From NCBI GenBank assembly GCA_020831705.1, contig JAFIGB010000067.1:1-43191 (forward strand): a DNA stretch of 43,191 bases, given 5' to 3'. This DNA is from Candidatus Sumerlaeia bacterium (GTDB taxonomy: Bacteria > Sumerlaeota > Sumerlaeia > SLMS01). Of this stretch, positions 17,687 to 31,421 are shown one piece after another (positions within the stretch are counted from its first letter, which is position 1; each line of letters opens with the position of its first letter). The notes beneath the pieces are model-generated. The model searched no databases and was not told the origin of the DNA. It worked only from the letters and a program-made list of their open reading frames with translations. Position numbers and translations under genes: made by a program.

Positions 17687-17857
17687 TTTCTAGTCTTCTC
17701 CCTGGTTTGCCCCTTTTGGGGGGCTTCCTGCCCTTCTCCATTGCAAGGTGGGAGCCAGTTTGATGGTAAAGGGGCTCCTGAGGGCTGTTTCACTTGCCCA
17801 ATCCCTATAAAAAATCCGAGATGTTGCCCGAAGGTCATCGAATTCCGGGAGTATCCC

Positions 17858-19735
17858 ATGTCCAGCATCAAAAAAGTAGTCCTCCTCCTCATGATTGTGG
17901 GCTTGTTGCCTGCCGTGGGGCGCCCCTCTGAAGTCCGTTTCGTGGTCTTTGGCGACTCGCAATTTGGCCATCCCCATATTTTCGAGCGGATTGTCCACGA
18001 GGCGAATTTGCTGCGGCCCGACTTTGTCACCTGCGTGGGCGACATGATCCATGGATACACTGACGACCGGGAGACCCTGTACGGGGAGTGGCGTCGCTAC
18101 AAGATGCAGATCGAACCGCTCACCATGCCGTTTTATCCCGTCCCCGGGAACCATGATGTGGTGACCCCTGAATCCCATGAGGTTTACGGGGAAATATGGG
18201 GCGAGGACCGATATTATTACTCCTGGGACGTCGATGATCTCCACATGATTTCCCTCGATTCCTTCCATAACGGGGAGAATGATCGGATCATGCCCTGGCA
18301 AGTGGAATGGCTTGTCGATGATCTGGAGGCGTATGCGGAGCGCCATGGGGGGGTGGGCTCGGAGGAGCTCAATTCCAAGTCGATCTTCATCTTTGTTCAC
18401 AGCCCCCTTTGGCGCTACGACCCCGAGCAGGAGGGTCGCCACGACTGGGAAACGATCCACAATATCCTGAAGGAATACCCCGTCAAGATGGTCTTTGGCG
18501 GTCACTCCCACGAGTTCGTCTGGGAGGAGCGCGATGGCATTGAGTATGTGGTGGTGAACAGCACAGGCAGGATGCCCCAGGTGAATGAACGGGGTGGGTG
18601 GATGCATGCCTTCCTGCACGTGAGTGTTGTGGATGGGGACGTGCGGGCCTCGGTTGTCCGCGCCGGATCGGTCCTTCCCATCGACACCGTCAATGCCGAG
18701 GAGCGGGAAACCGTTCCGCCTCATGCCATTCGTGGGGGGATCCTCCGCATTCCCTCCTGGGAGGAGGGCGAACCCCTCGAATTCGATGTCACCGTCCCCA
18801 TTGAGAATGAGCACACCGAGGAACGGGAATTCAAGCTGGCCTGGGATTTTCCCCGTGGGTCGGACGTGACGGTGGAGCCGGCCAATATCTGGCTCGATGT
18901 GCCGGGCGAAGGGAGGCTGGCGGCGCGGTTTTCGATCACCTCCGAGGCAGCCCCCTCCCGCGATTTGATGCCCAGTCTTCAGGTCGAGACTTCAAGCAGG
19001 CTGCGAACCGGGGTGGTGGATCGCCAGTGGGAGGCCATCTACCGGGAGCGAGCCGCCCGGGCGGACGCGGGCGAAGACATCCTGCCCAGTGCGGTCCGAC
19101 TGGAGGACAATTACACCTTCGATGCGACCTGGCGCCTTTACGTGCCCCCCACGGTGGTTGCCCATCGTCGCCAGGGGCCGATCACCATTGATGGCAAATT
19201 CGACGAGGCCGATTGGCAGACTGCGGATAAAATTACCGATTTCTCGTGGAATGGCCCCGGCGATCCCCCCCAGAAAACCTCGGTTCGGTTCCTTTACGAC
19301 GATGATTACCTCTATATTGCTGCCTGGATGGAGGAACCCCACCCGGAAAACCTGAAGGCGGATGCCGGGGGCGCGATCCCCCTGACCTGGAATGACGATG
19401 ATTTTGAGTTGCTATTCGATCCTCTTGAGGAGGGTCGCGACCACACCCGGTTGTTCCAGAATGCCGGTGGGACGCGGTTCAATGCGAAGCCTGTGGGGAT
19501 GGATGACCGTTACTTCCAAAGCGGGTATGAGTCGGCGATTCATATTGGCGAGGATTATTGGACGATTGAATTCCGGATCCCATGGAGCGACATTGTGGAT
19601 GCCGGCCAGCCCGAATCGGGGACCCGGTGGGCAATTAACGTGATGCGGCACCGTCCCCAGAGCGACCCGATGCGGTACTTCTGGGCGGTGGATGGTTATG
19701 CCTTTGGGCGATATGGGGCACTTTTATTCCAATAA
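17858..19735 (+). CDS. Exported calcineurin-like metallophosphoesterase with C-terminal CBM9/DOMON-like domain
   Basis: Start MSSIKKVVLLLMIVGLLPA (signal peptide); GDSQ, GDMI, PGNHD, VHSP, GHSH metal motifs; C-terminal 'ITIDGKFDEADW...YDDDYLYIA...WNDDDFEL...WTIEFRIPW...WAINVMR'. Confidence 0.82.
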   Translation: MSSIKKVVLLLMIVGLLPAVGRPSEVRFVVFGDSQFGHPHIFERIVHEANLLRPDFVTCVGDMIHGYTDDRETLYGEWRRYKMQIEPLTMPFYPVPGNHDVVTPESHEVYGEIWGEDRYYYSWDVDDLHMISLDSFHNGENDRIMPWQVEWLVDDLEAYAERHGGVGSEELNSKSIFIFVHSPLWRYDPEQEGRHDWETIHNILKEYPVKMVFGGHSHEFVWEERDGIEYVVVNSTGRMPQVNERGGWMHAFLHVSVVDGDVRASVVRAGSVLPIDTVNAEERETVPPHAIRGGILRIPSWEEGEPLEFDVTVPIENEHTEEREFKLAWDFPRGSDVTVEPANIWLDVPGEGRLAARFSITSEAAPSRDLMPSLQVETSSRLRTGVVDRQWEAIYRERAARADAGEDILPSAVRLEDNYTFDATWRLYVPPTVVAHRRQGPITIDGKFDEADWQTADKITDFSWNGPGDPPQKTSVRFLYDDDYLYIAAWMEEPHPENLKADAGGAIPLTWNDDDFELLFDPLEEGRDHTRLFQNAGGTRFNAKPVGMDDRYFQSGYESAIHIGEDYWTIEFRIPWSDIVDAGQPESGTRWAINVMRHRPQSDPMRYFWAVDGYAFGRYGALLFQ

Positions 19736-19769
19736 GACACGATGGGTGGTGGGGTGGAGGGGTTTTCGT

Positions 19770-19799
19770 TTGACAGCCTTTCCCCCCCCTACCTAGCGT
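19770..19799 (+). promoter_or_regulatory. Putative sigma70-type promoter of the yajC-HD-secDF operon
   Basis: Perfect TTGACA at 19770-19775, 18-nt spacer, TAGCGT at 19794-19799, ~60 nt upstream of the yajC start. Confidence 0.5.
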
Positions 19800-19861
19800 T
19801 TGCGCCCTTTCGTGGATCGTCGTCGAGTCCGCGAGGGGTTAATTCATGCCTCAGAGGTCTC

Positions 19862-20245
19862 ATGTTCCCCTTGTCAAGCTCCCTCGTGGTTTTTCTCGCA
19901 AGTGTTCCCCCTGCTCCTCCCGAACGGGACGGCGCCTTTGGTTTCGAATTTTTCCTCGTCATGATCATCATGATCGTGGCGTTCATCTTCCTGATTCAAC
20001 GCCCCCAGGCGAAGGAGCGGGAAGCGCGGCTCAAGGCCGTTGAAACAATGAAGAAGGGCGACAAGATCGTCAGCGCGGGTGGAATCCATGGAACCGTGAC
20101 GAAGATCAACAAGGAGAAGGAAACCGTCCTTGTCGAGGTTTCCAAGGGCTTTGAGATCGAATTCAACAAGTCCTCGATAACCGTGATGAGTCCTCCCAAG
20201 GAAAAGAACGGCAATCAGGAAAAGAACAAGAAAAAGGGCAAGTAA
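19862..20245 (+). CDS. yajC: Preprotein translocase subunit YajC
   Basis: TM followed by 'FLIQRPQAK', 'MKKGDKIVSAGGIHGTV'; upstream of secDF. Start placed at ATG 19862. Confidence 0.9.
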   Translation: MFPLSSSLVVFLASVPPAPPERDGAFGFEFFLVMIIMIVAFIFLIQRPQAKEREARLKAVETMKKGDKIVSAGGIHGTVTKINKEKETVLVEVSKGFEIEFNKSSITVMSPPKEKNGNQEKNKKKGK

Positions 20246-20272
20246 TCGCCGATCAAGACGGCTGGTAATTTC

Positions 20273-21037
20273 ATGGCATCAACGAAGGCAAATCGGGTAG
20301 GGGGTGGTAGTCGTCGGCAGATCGACGCGGGTGCGCTCCGTGAGCGCGTCAGCGGTCGGAAGCCGAAGTATGCCGCCGTTACTTTCGAGGAAGTCCGCAA
20401 GGACCCCGATGTTGTCGGCCTGATTGAGGGGGCCGACCGGGCCCTTGCAGCCATTGGATTTACCGACCACGGCATCCGCCACATCACCCGCGTCGCCAAC
20501 CGGGCCCAGTTCATCGCCCGGGAATTGCAGTTCAATCCCCGCGACCGCGAGTTGACCGGTATTGCTTCCTACCTCCACGACATTGGGAATTCGGTGCACC
20601 GCAGCGACCACGCCCAATCGAGTGCGATTCTGGCCTTTACAATCCTGAGTCGCAAGAAGATGGACCCCTTGGAGATCGCTGCGATCATGGCGGCAATCGG
20701 GAATCATGATGAAGGTGTCGGCGAACCGGTAAACTTCCCCTCGGCGGCATTGATTCTGGCGGACAAATCCGACGTCCTCCGCTCCCGGGTCCGCAGTTCC
20801 ACCCCCATGTTGACCCGTGACATCCACGACCGGGTCAATTACGCCTCCACTGACAGCCAAATGCAGGTTGACCGGGAGGGCAGACTGATCACCCTGTCGC
20901 TCACCATCGACACGCGCGTTTCGCCGGTCATGGAGTACTTTGAAATTTTTCTGGGCCGCATGACCATGTGTCGTCGTGCGGCAAACTTTCTTAACTGTGA
21001 TTTTTCACTCGTAATCAACGGAAACCGGCTGCTTTGA
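20273..21037 (+). CDS. HD-domain metal-dependent phosphohydrolase
   Basis: DHGIRH...LHDIGN...H...GNHDE...LADKSD...DIHDRVNYA...YFEIFLxRM pattern. Confidence 0.8.
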   Translation: MASTKANRVGGGSRRQIDAGALRERVSGRKPKYAAVTFEEVRKDPDVVGLIEGADRALAAIGFTDHGIRHITRVANRAQFIARELQFNPRDRELTGIASYLHDIGNSVHRSDHAQSSAILAFTILSRKKMDPLEIAAIMAAIGNHDEGVGEPVNFPSAALILADKSDVLRSRVRSSTPMLTRDIHDRVNYASTDSQMQVDREGRLITLSLTIDTRVSPVMEYFEIFLGRMTMCRRAANFLNCDFSLVINGNRLL

Positions 21038-21074
21038 TCAAACCGGAACCGCACCCAGGAAGGCTCACCGAAGC

Positions 21075-24946
<3,872 letters not shown>

Positions 24947-24976
24947 GGAACGCACCAGCCATACCCAATCCTGAAC

Positions 24977-25025
24977 CGGGCGGGGCCTGTCTCCTTGATT
25001 TGGAGCGGCCCCGCCCGTTGCTTTT
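24977..25025 (+). terminator. Intrinsic terminator after ilvC
   Basis: CGGGCGGGGCC (24977-24987) / GGCCCCGCCCG (25007-25017) stem followed by TTGCTTTT. Confidence 0.7.
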
Positions 25026-25061
25026 CCGCCGCCCATTCCACCACGGTGACCAAAAACCTCC

Positions 25062-27002
25062 ATGAGCAAGCTGCTCCCGCCAACGAAGTCGCCCACCGAC
25101 CGCCTCCTCCCGCTTCTTGCCCTGGCACCGGTCCTCCTTGTGGTTCTCTTCGTGGCAGCCCAGCCCCGGTTCGCGGAACCCCGTCTATACGACGAGGTCA
25201 TCGTCGCCCATCCCACGGCGGATCGCCTGACGACGGAAACGCTCCGTCTATCCGGCGAGTGGACGGTCACCCGCGACGGCGCCACGCCTGCCCCCCCCGG
25301 TGCCTCCATTCATGTCAATACACCGGAGGGGCCATGGAGCCGACTCCAAGTGGGGATCAACGGCGACGTCGGCGGCAAGTGGGGCATTCGCCTCAGCAGG
25401 GACTTCCAGCGCCACTCCTACCTTGGGCTCATACCCGGTGAACCACGGGACTTTTCCGCCGAGGATCTCCCCGGCGTGCCGGACGGATGGAACCCCATCA
25501 CGGTGGAGATTTTTCCCACGGGCGAGGGAACCCACTTCGTCAATCGGGTGATGGTGCGCTTTTCCGCCGAACCAAAATTCAACGAACCCTCACTCCCCGG
25601 CATCATCGTGGGTGCCTTCCTTCCTGTACTTCTCGCTGCCTTCTTCAAGTATGCAGGCCGACGTACCGCCCGCCAGGCCACGCTTGCCGGTGGTGTCTTT
25701 GGTTCCATTGCCGTTGTTCTTTCGGCGTGGTCGCCCGAAACAATCCCGTATATATGGGCGGCGGGGACGGCATTCGCCCTTGGCGGTGCCAGTGGTGCCC
25801 TGTTCAAGGAAATCCAGGCACGGAGGAAGGGTGACATCACCCAGGCCACGGAGTTTCAGCTGGCCTTCCAAGCCCTGGCGCTTGCGGGAATTCTTGCCTT
25901 TGGCCTGCAGGTTCGATGGGATGCGCTGGCTGATGCATGGACCCTTCGCCCGTCCCCCGATGCCCTCGGTTACCTTGAGATTGCGATTTATGGCAGCTTT
26001 TATGAAACCATCCAGGGAGCAGCCCCGTGGATTCGCGAGCCCCTGTTTCCGGCGTGGCTGCGCTTCTGGTTTTCCATGGCTCCGGAGACAACGGTGTCGG
26101 CCCGGGTTGCCGGAATTCCCATCGCGATGGCCGTCATCGCCCTTGTCTTTTTCGTGGGGAGGAAGCTCTTCAACCCCTGGGTGGGTCTGATTGCCGCAGC
26201 GTTTTATTCCCTGAACGGATATACAGCGGGCCAGTCGGTGATGATCCTCCGCGACGACATGCTGACGGCGCTCTTCCTTGGCATGGCCTGTTGCGCTCTA
26301 TACCTTCGTGAGGATCGGTGGGGGAGGGCCATCGCCTGGGGTCTTGTCGGGGCCGGGCTGGGATTGGTGCGTGTGAATGCGCTCTTTCTCGCCCTTGCCT
26401 TCGGAGGGTGGGAGGCATGGAAGCGCCGTTGGCATCCCGGGGAGATCGTGTTGGCGGTGGCACTGATGGTGGTGCCCGTCGTTCCCCATCTTGTCTATAA
26501 CGCGAGCGTCTCCGATGGCGACTGGATGTATAGCAGCAACGTACACACGCGATATTACCACAACCTGCTGATGCTTGGAACCGAGGGCTTTCCCGAGGAT
26601 TTCCCCGCCTGGGAGGCCGATCCGTACGCGGGCAAGGTTGTTGGCTCGTCGGTGCTTCTTCGCGAGCCCTCCGTGGCCTCGGCCTTCGTGCGAACCATTC
26701 GTGGATATATCAAAATATTCGTGAAGGACTTCCCCCATTACCGGTTGTTCGGTGGGAACGTCCTCCTGATGGTGTTTGGTCTGGTGGGATTCTGGGTGCT
26801 GCTGAACCGGCGCGAGTCCTGGTGGTTCTACCTTTGGACGGCGCTCTTTCTCGCGCCCGTGGCGATCATCGCGGCGATTCGATTCGACATGCGCCTGGCC
26901 CTGCCTGCGGCCCCGGCGATGCTCATGATCTGGGGAGCCGGAGTGGCCCAGGTGGCGGTCTGGTTGTGGGAGGGCGCGCGAAGGCTTCGCGAGCGGGAAT
27001 GA
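25062..27002 (+). CDS. GT-C fold (ArnT/PMT, GT39-like) membrane glycosyltransferase
   Basis: 'PDALGYLEIA', 'REPLFP', 'GRKLFNPWVGLIAA' and about a dozen TM segments; N-terminal soluble beta domain. Confidence 0.7.
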   Translation: MSKLLPPTKSPTDRLLPLLALAPVLLVVLFVAAQPRFAEPRLYDEVIVAHPTADRLTTETLRLSGEWTVTRDGATPAPPGASIHVNTPEGPWSRLQVGINGDVGGKWGIRLSRDFQRHSYLGLIPGEPRDFSAEDLPGVPDGWNPITVEIFPTGEGTHFVNRVMVRFSAEPKFNEPSLPGIIVGAFLPVLLAAFFKYAGRRTARQATLAGGVFGSIAVVLSAWSPETIPYIWAAGTAFALGGASGALFKEIQARRKGDITQATEFQLAFQALALAGILAFGLQVRWDALADAWTLRPSPDALGYLEIAIYGSFYETIQGAAPWIREPLFPAWLRFWFSMAPETTVSARVAGIPIAMAVIALVFFVGRKLFNPWVGLIAAAFYSLNGYTAGQSVMILRDDMLTALFLGMACCALYLREDRWGRAIAWGLVGAGLGLVRVNALFLALAFGGWEAWKRRWHPGEIVLAVALMVVPVVPHLVYNASVSDGDWMYSSNVHTRYYHNLLMLGTEGFPEDFPAWEADPYAGKVVGSSVLLREPSVASAFVRTIRGYIKIFVKDFPHYRLFGGNVLLMVFGLVGFWVLLNRRESWWFYLWTALFLAPVAIIAAIRFDMRLALPAAPAMLMIWGAGVAQVAVWLWEGARRLRERE

Positions 27003-27005
27003 CGA

Positions 27006-27797
27006 TCAGCCGCTGCGACCGGTGATGTAGTCCTCGGTGATCTTTTCCTTCGGGTTGGTGAAGAAGTCCTTTGTCTTGCCGTGCTCGATGAGCTTGCCGA
27101 GCCACATGAGGGCCGTATAGTTGCTGACACGGGCGGCCTGCTGCATGTTGTGGGTGACGATGAGAATTGTATAGTCCTTCTTGAGTGCCTGGATAAGCTC
27201 CTCGATCTTGCCGGTGGCGATGGGGTCGAGGGCGGAGCAGGGCTCGTCCATCAGGAGTACATCGGGTTGGACGGCCAGGGCGCGGGCAATGCAAAGGCGT
27301 TGCTGCTGGCCGCCGGAAAGATCCATGGCGCTCGCCTTCAACCGGTCCTTGACCTCCTCCCAAAGCGCTGAATTTCGAAGTGCCCACTCCACGATTTCAT
27401 CCAGGGTGCCCCGGTCACGCACGCCGTGAATGCGCAGGCCGTAGGCCACGTTGTCGTAGATCGTCTGGGGGAAGGGATTGGGGCGCTGGAAGACCATCCC
27501 CACCCGCTGGCGCAATTCCGTCATGTCTATCTGGGGGCCGAGGACGGTCTCGCCGCCGACACGAATGTCCCCTTCGATCCGGGTTTCGGGGATCAGGTCA
27601 AGGATGCGGTTGACTGCCTTGATCAGGGTGGACTTGCCACAACCCGATGGGCCGATCAGCGCCAGCACCTTGTTGCGGTCCACGCTCAACGTCACGTCGT
27701 GGAGCGCCTGCTTGTCGTGGTTGTAGAAGACGTTCAGATTGCGAATCTGGACGTATTCCTTCCCGGATTGGACGGCATCTTTGGACTTCTCGGTCAT
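27006..27797 (-). CDS. pstB: Phosphate ABC transporter ATP-binding protein
   Basis: GPSGCGKST; [12 protein letters not shown]; [16 protein letters not shown]; [12 protein letters not shown]; [13 protein letters not shown]; TEDYITGR. Confidence 0.96.
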   Translation of the reverse strand: MTEKSKDAVQSGKEYVQIRNLNVFYNHDKQALHDVTLSVDRNKVLALIGPSGCGKSTLIKAVNRILDLIPETRIEGDIRVGGETVLGPQIDMTELRQRVGMVFQRPNPFPQTIYDNVAYGLRIHGVRDRGTLDEIVEWALRNSALWEEVKDRLKASAMDLSGGQQQRLCIARALAVQPDVLLMDEPCSALDPIATGKIEELIQALKKDYTILIVTHNMQQAARVSNYTALMWLGKLIEHGKTKDFFTNPKEKITEDYITGRSG

Positions 27798-27800
27798 CGA

Positions 27801-29306
27801 TCAGTTCCTTGTATATCGGCGACGAAGAATGATCGCCGCCAGGTTCATCAGGAATGTCATCGCCACGAGCACCAAGGTGGTGGCGAACTGGATGGCGCGG
27901 GTTCCCTCGGGATCCTGGTGCTGGGTCGCCAGTGTATAGATGTGGTAGTTCAGGTGCATGAATTCCTTGAAGGGATTCACCATCGGTATTTCAAAAAGTC
28001 CAAGGTTGATGGGCTCAGTCAATGGAAGTGTCGGGGCGAAGTACGTCACCCCCACAAACAGAATGGGCGCAAGCTCCCCGGCACCGCGGGCCACGGCAAG
28101 GATCGCCCCCGTCAGGATTCCCGGCCTCGCCTGGGGAAGGACAACCGTCCTGATCATCTGCCATTTGGTCGCACCAAGGCCGTATGCCGCCTCCCGGGTG
28201 CTGGCAGGAACGGCCCGCAATGCCTCCTCGGTGGACACAATGATAAGGGGAAGCACCAGGATCGCCAACGTCGCAGCGGCCCAAATCATCGCCCCCTGGC
28301 CGAATACCTTCGCACGGATTTCAGGAACCTGCTCGGAGATATACGACTGGATGAAGGCACCACGTTCCGGACCGACGAGTCCCTTCTCCTCCACGATGAT
28401 GATGGCCTCACTCCGGGCCTGCTCACGGAGAGGCTCCATCCGCTCGGTATAGGCGATGACCTCACGCTCCGAACGGGGAATATCCAGGATGTAATAATCG
28501 AGATTCCGGCCCACAAAGAGAATGAAGAAACCAAGGCCGAAAAGACCGAACACAATGGAGGGCACGCCGGCGAGATTGTTCACGGCGGCGCGGATGATCC
28601 GGGCCAGAAAGCCGATCCGTGCATATTCAACCATATAGACAGCGGCAAAGACCCCGATGGGAAGTGCCATCATGATCATGAACAGGACGACGAAGACCGT
28701 ACCAAACAGGGCGGGGAAGATACCGCCGTCGCGCATGGCCCGCCGTGGCACGTCGGTAAGGAATGTTGCCTCCACCGAGACCCGATAGGGCATGATTGTC
28801 AGGCGCCCACCATCAATGACGATGGATTCAAAGTCGGTCAGGACCATGTTTTGGCCCCGGTTCTCATGGGCCTCGCCATCAACGACGGCGGTCTCCCAGG
28901 TGCGGACAACGACACTGGTTCCCTTGTGAAGGGCAACAAGGGCGCGCTCGGTCCCGAGCCGGGCATGGCGCGATTCTGTCAGAATCGACTGGGGGGCACG
29001 GGCGGGATCGTCGTTCGCCGCATCCAGCATGATGGAACGGCCCTCCATCAGGTGGACGGGACGATCCGGCAGGGGCATCGTGTCGGTCTGATAGACAACG
29101 GTCAGTTTTGCATCGCTGTGGATGCCAATCACCCGCGGACCACCACGAAGGAGGATCGTCGACAGGATGAAGATCAGGATCAGGACAACAGCCCAGGTAA
29201 TGCCACGCACGATGGACTCAAAGACAAGTGCCCACATGGGAGCCTTGCCGGGGCGCGACACCTTGTCCCGCACTTCTTTCAGGAGGGCTTCCTGGGAGGG
29301 ACTCAT
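27801..29306 (-). CDS. pstA: Phosphate ABC transporter permease PstA (501 aa, with insertions)
   Basis: Start at ATG 29306 (ATGA overlap with the pstC stop); GGIFPALFGT; NLAGVPSIVFGLFG; EEALRAVP; LGATKWQ; ARGAGELAP. Confidence 0.92.
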   Translation of the reverse strand: MSPSQEALLKEVRDKVSRPGKAPMWALVFESIVRGITWAVVLILIFILSTILLRGGPRVIGIHSDAKLTVVYQTDTMPLPDRPVHLMEGRSIMLDAANDDPARAPQSILTESRHARLGTERALVALHKGTSVVVRTWETAVVDGEAHENRGQNMVLTDFESIVIDGGRLTIMPYRVSVEATFLTDVPRRAMRDGGIFPALFGTVFVVLFMIMMALPIGVFAAVYMVEYARIGFLARIIRAAVNNLAGVPSIVFGLFGLGFFILFVGRNLDYYILDIPRSEREVIAYTERMEPLREQARSEAIIIVEEKGLVGPERGAFIQSYISEQVPEIRAKVFGQGAMIWAAATLAILVLPLIIVSTEEALRAVPASTREAAYGLGATKWQMIRTVVLPQARPGILTGAILAVARGAGELAPILFVGVTYFAPTLPLTEPINLGLFEIPMVNPFKEFMHLNYHIYTLATQHQDPEGTRAIQFATTLVLVAMTFLMNLAAIILRRRYTRN

Positions 29307-30385
29307 AGACGAATTCGCTTCCGGTATCGATTGGCGATCACTTCCACCGTCAGGTTCAGCACGAAGCTGATCGAGACGAGGATCGCTCCAAGGAGGAACA
29401 ACGTGTGTTGCCAGGTGCTTCCCTGGGCCGCCGTGCCCATCTCCGCCGCGATGGAGGCGGTCATTGTCCGAACGCCCTCGAAGGGGTTCATGCTCATCTG
29501 CGGGGCATTCCCGGCGCACATCAGCACGATCATGGTCTCGCCGAAGGCACGGCCAAAACCAAGGACCACGGCAGCAACAACGCCGGAAACACCGGCGGGA
29601 AGTACAACACGCCATGTTGTCTGCCAGCGGGTGGCTCCAACGCCAAGGCTCGCGGCACGCAAATCTTTCGGAACGGCCCTGAGGGCGTCGTCCACCAACG
29701 AGGCAATCACCGGAATGATCACAATGCTCACCCCCAGTGCCCCCACCATCATGTTGTAGGTATCACGATAAATCCCATCAAGACCGAGGAAACCCGCAGA
29801 TTCCCTGATGGGGCGGGCCAGCACCGCGAGCATGAAAAAGCCGATCACCACCGTCGGGATCCCGACGAGGAGCTCCAGGGCAGGCTTGACCAGGTCACGA
29901 ACACGACGCGTTGCCATTTCGGAGAGAAAGATCCCAATGGCAATCCCCGCAAGGGTACTGATGATCGCCGCGAGGAAGGCCACGCCAAAGGAACCCCACA
30001 AAAGCGGCAGAATGGAGAGGCGGGGAGGGGTGCCTGCGGGCTGCCAGACGAAGCCGATCGATTCGCCGGTTACCTCGATCTCATCGGTGGCCGGGTTGTA
30101 TTGTGTCTGCTGGGTGACCGAGTAAAGGAACTCGGTGATTCCTGCATCACTGAAGGCCTTGAAGCCCTCCTTGAAGAGGAAGATGAAAATCAGGGCAATG
30201 GTGATGGTGGAAAGAAGTCCGCAAACCAGAAGGACCTTCTCAACAAGCATCTCGCGGAATTTACGGAAGGGAGGTACAGGCTTGCGAAGCCTCCCGCGGA
30301 GTGATGCAAGGTTCCCACTTTTGGGCTGCTGTTCATCCCCACCTGAGGGTGAATTACCAGCGCCGTTTCCGCTTGAGTCAGTCAC
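29303..30385 (-). CDS. pstC: Phosphate ABC transporter permease PstC
   Basis: ELLVGIPTVVIG; DALRAVP; GATRWQT; GRAFGETM; TMTASIAAEMG. Confidence 0.93.
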   Translation of the reverse strand: MTDSSGNGAGNSPSGGDEQQPKSGNLASLRGRLRKPVPPFRKFREMLVEKVLLVCGLLSTITIALIFIFLFKEGFKAFSDAGITEFLYSVTQQTQYNPATDEIEVTGESIGFVWQPAGTPPRLSILPLLWGSFGVAFLAAIISTLAGIAIGIFLSEMATRRVRDLVKPALELLVGIPTVVIGFFMLAVLARPIRESAGFLGLDGIYRDTYNMMVGALGVSIVIIPVIASLVDDALRAVPKDLRAASLGVGATRWQTTWRVVLPAGVSGVVAAVVLGFGRAFGETMIVLMCAGNAPQMSMNPFEGVRTMTASIAAEMGTAAQGSTWQHTLFLLGAILVSISFVLNLTVEVIANRYRKRIRL

Positions 30386-30476
30386 GTTGAATCTTGGTGG
30401 ACCTGTCGGGAAAATAGCACATGCCGTAGCTGGTCATGAGGAAAAAGGCCGAATTTGGAAGCAAGTCATTCGGAAA

Positions 30477-31421
30477 TCAGTCAACATTGCCTTCGTCATC
30501 GGAATCCTCGTCGGCGACACCAATCCCAAGCTCATCGGGGGGGAGCAAGGGAATATACTCGATCTCGATGACGACCCGCTGGCCCTTAGGACCCTTGATC
30601 CAGTCGAGGAAGTCCTTGATGGCACCCGTGGCCTCCTGGCGCGTGTAGAGGTGAAGAGGGCGGCTGATGGCGTAATTGCCGCTTTGCACGGTTTCGAAAT
30701 CAATGTCCTGGCCATCCGCAGTGACAGGGCTGTAAGCCGGCGTGTCCCGGTCGGCCTTGATCCTCAGGATCTTGATGTCGGGATTGCGCATGAAATAGGC
30801 AACCCCGCCGAATCCGATGGAGTTGCGGTCCGACCCAACCGAGTTGGAAATGGCAGCCGTTGCGGCAAGATAGCTGACATTGTTGGCGAAATTGGACTCA
30901 CCAAGAACCCGGGAGCGGAAATAATCGTAGGTGCCGCTGCTTGATTCGCGGCTGTAAACCACGATCCGTGAGTCGGGCCATTCGGGGTTGAACTGGTTCC
31001 AGCGCGTCACCGCGCCGCTGAAGATCGCCCGAACCTGATTGATCGACAATTCATCGACGGGACTTGACCGGTGAACTACCACGGCAAGACCGTCGAGGCC
31101 GATGACATGCCTCTCCGGGTTGTAACCATTGTCCCGGGCTGCCTGAAGTTCTGATGGGCGCATCTCCCGCGAAGCCTGGGCAATATCGACAAGACCGTCC
31201 ATCAGGGAGCGAATACCAACACCTGTTCCCCCGCCACTGACGCTGATTTCCACCGTCGGATTGGTCTTCATATATTCCTCGGCAAGACGTTGAGTGAGGA
31301 GGTTCATGGTATCGGAGCCGGCAATGGAAATCCGGGTCCGATCCTGGGCAGGGGCCATGGCCGTAGCCGCAATAAGAGTGAACCCAAACGCAATGGCTTG
31401 AAGATGACGGAAAAACGACAT
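30477..31421 (-). CDS. pstS: Phosphate ABC transporter substrate-binding protein
   Basis: Signal peptide from ATG 31421; AGSDTM; GGGTGVG; DIAQASR; SRESSSGTYDYF; YAISRPL; first gene of pstSCAB. Confidence 0.92.
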   Translation of the reverse strand: MSFFRHLQAIAFGFTLIAATAMAPAQDRTRISIAGSDTMNLLTQRLAEEYMKTNPTVEISVSGGGTGVGIRSLMDGLVDIAQASREMRPSELQAARDNGYNPERHVIGLDGLAVVVHRSSPVDELSINQVRAIFSGAVTRWNQFNPEWPDSRIVVYSRESSSGTYDYFRSRVLGESNFANNVSYLAATAAISNSVGSDRNSIGFGGVAYFMRNPDIKILRIKADRDTPAYSPVTADGQDIDFETVQSGNYAISRPLHLYTRQEATGAIKDFLDWIKGPKGQRVVIEIEYIPLLPPDELGIGVADEDSDDEGNVD

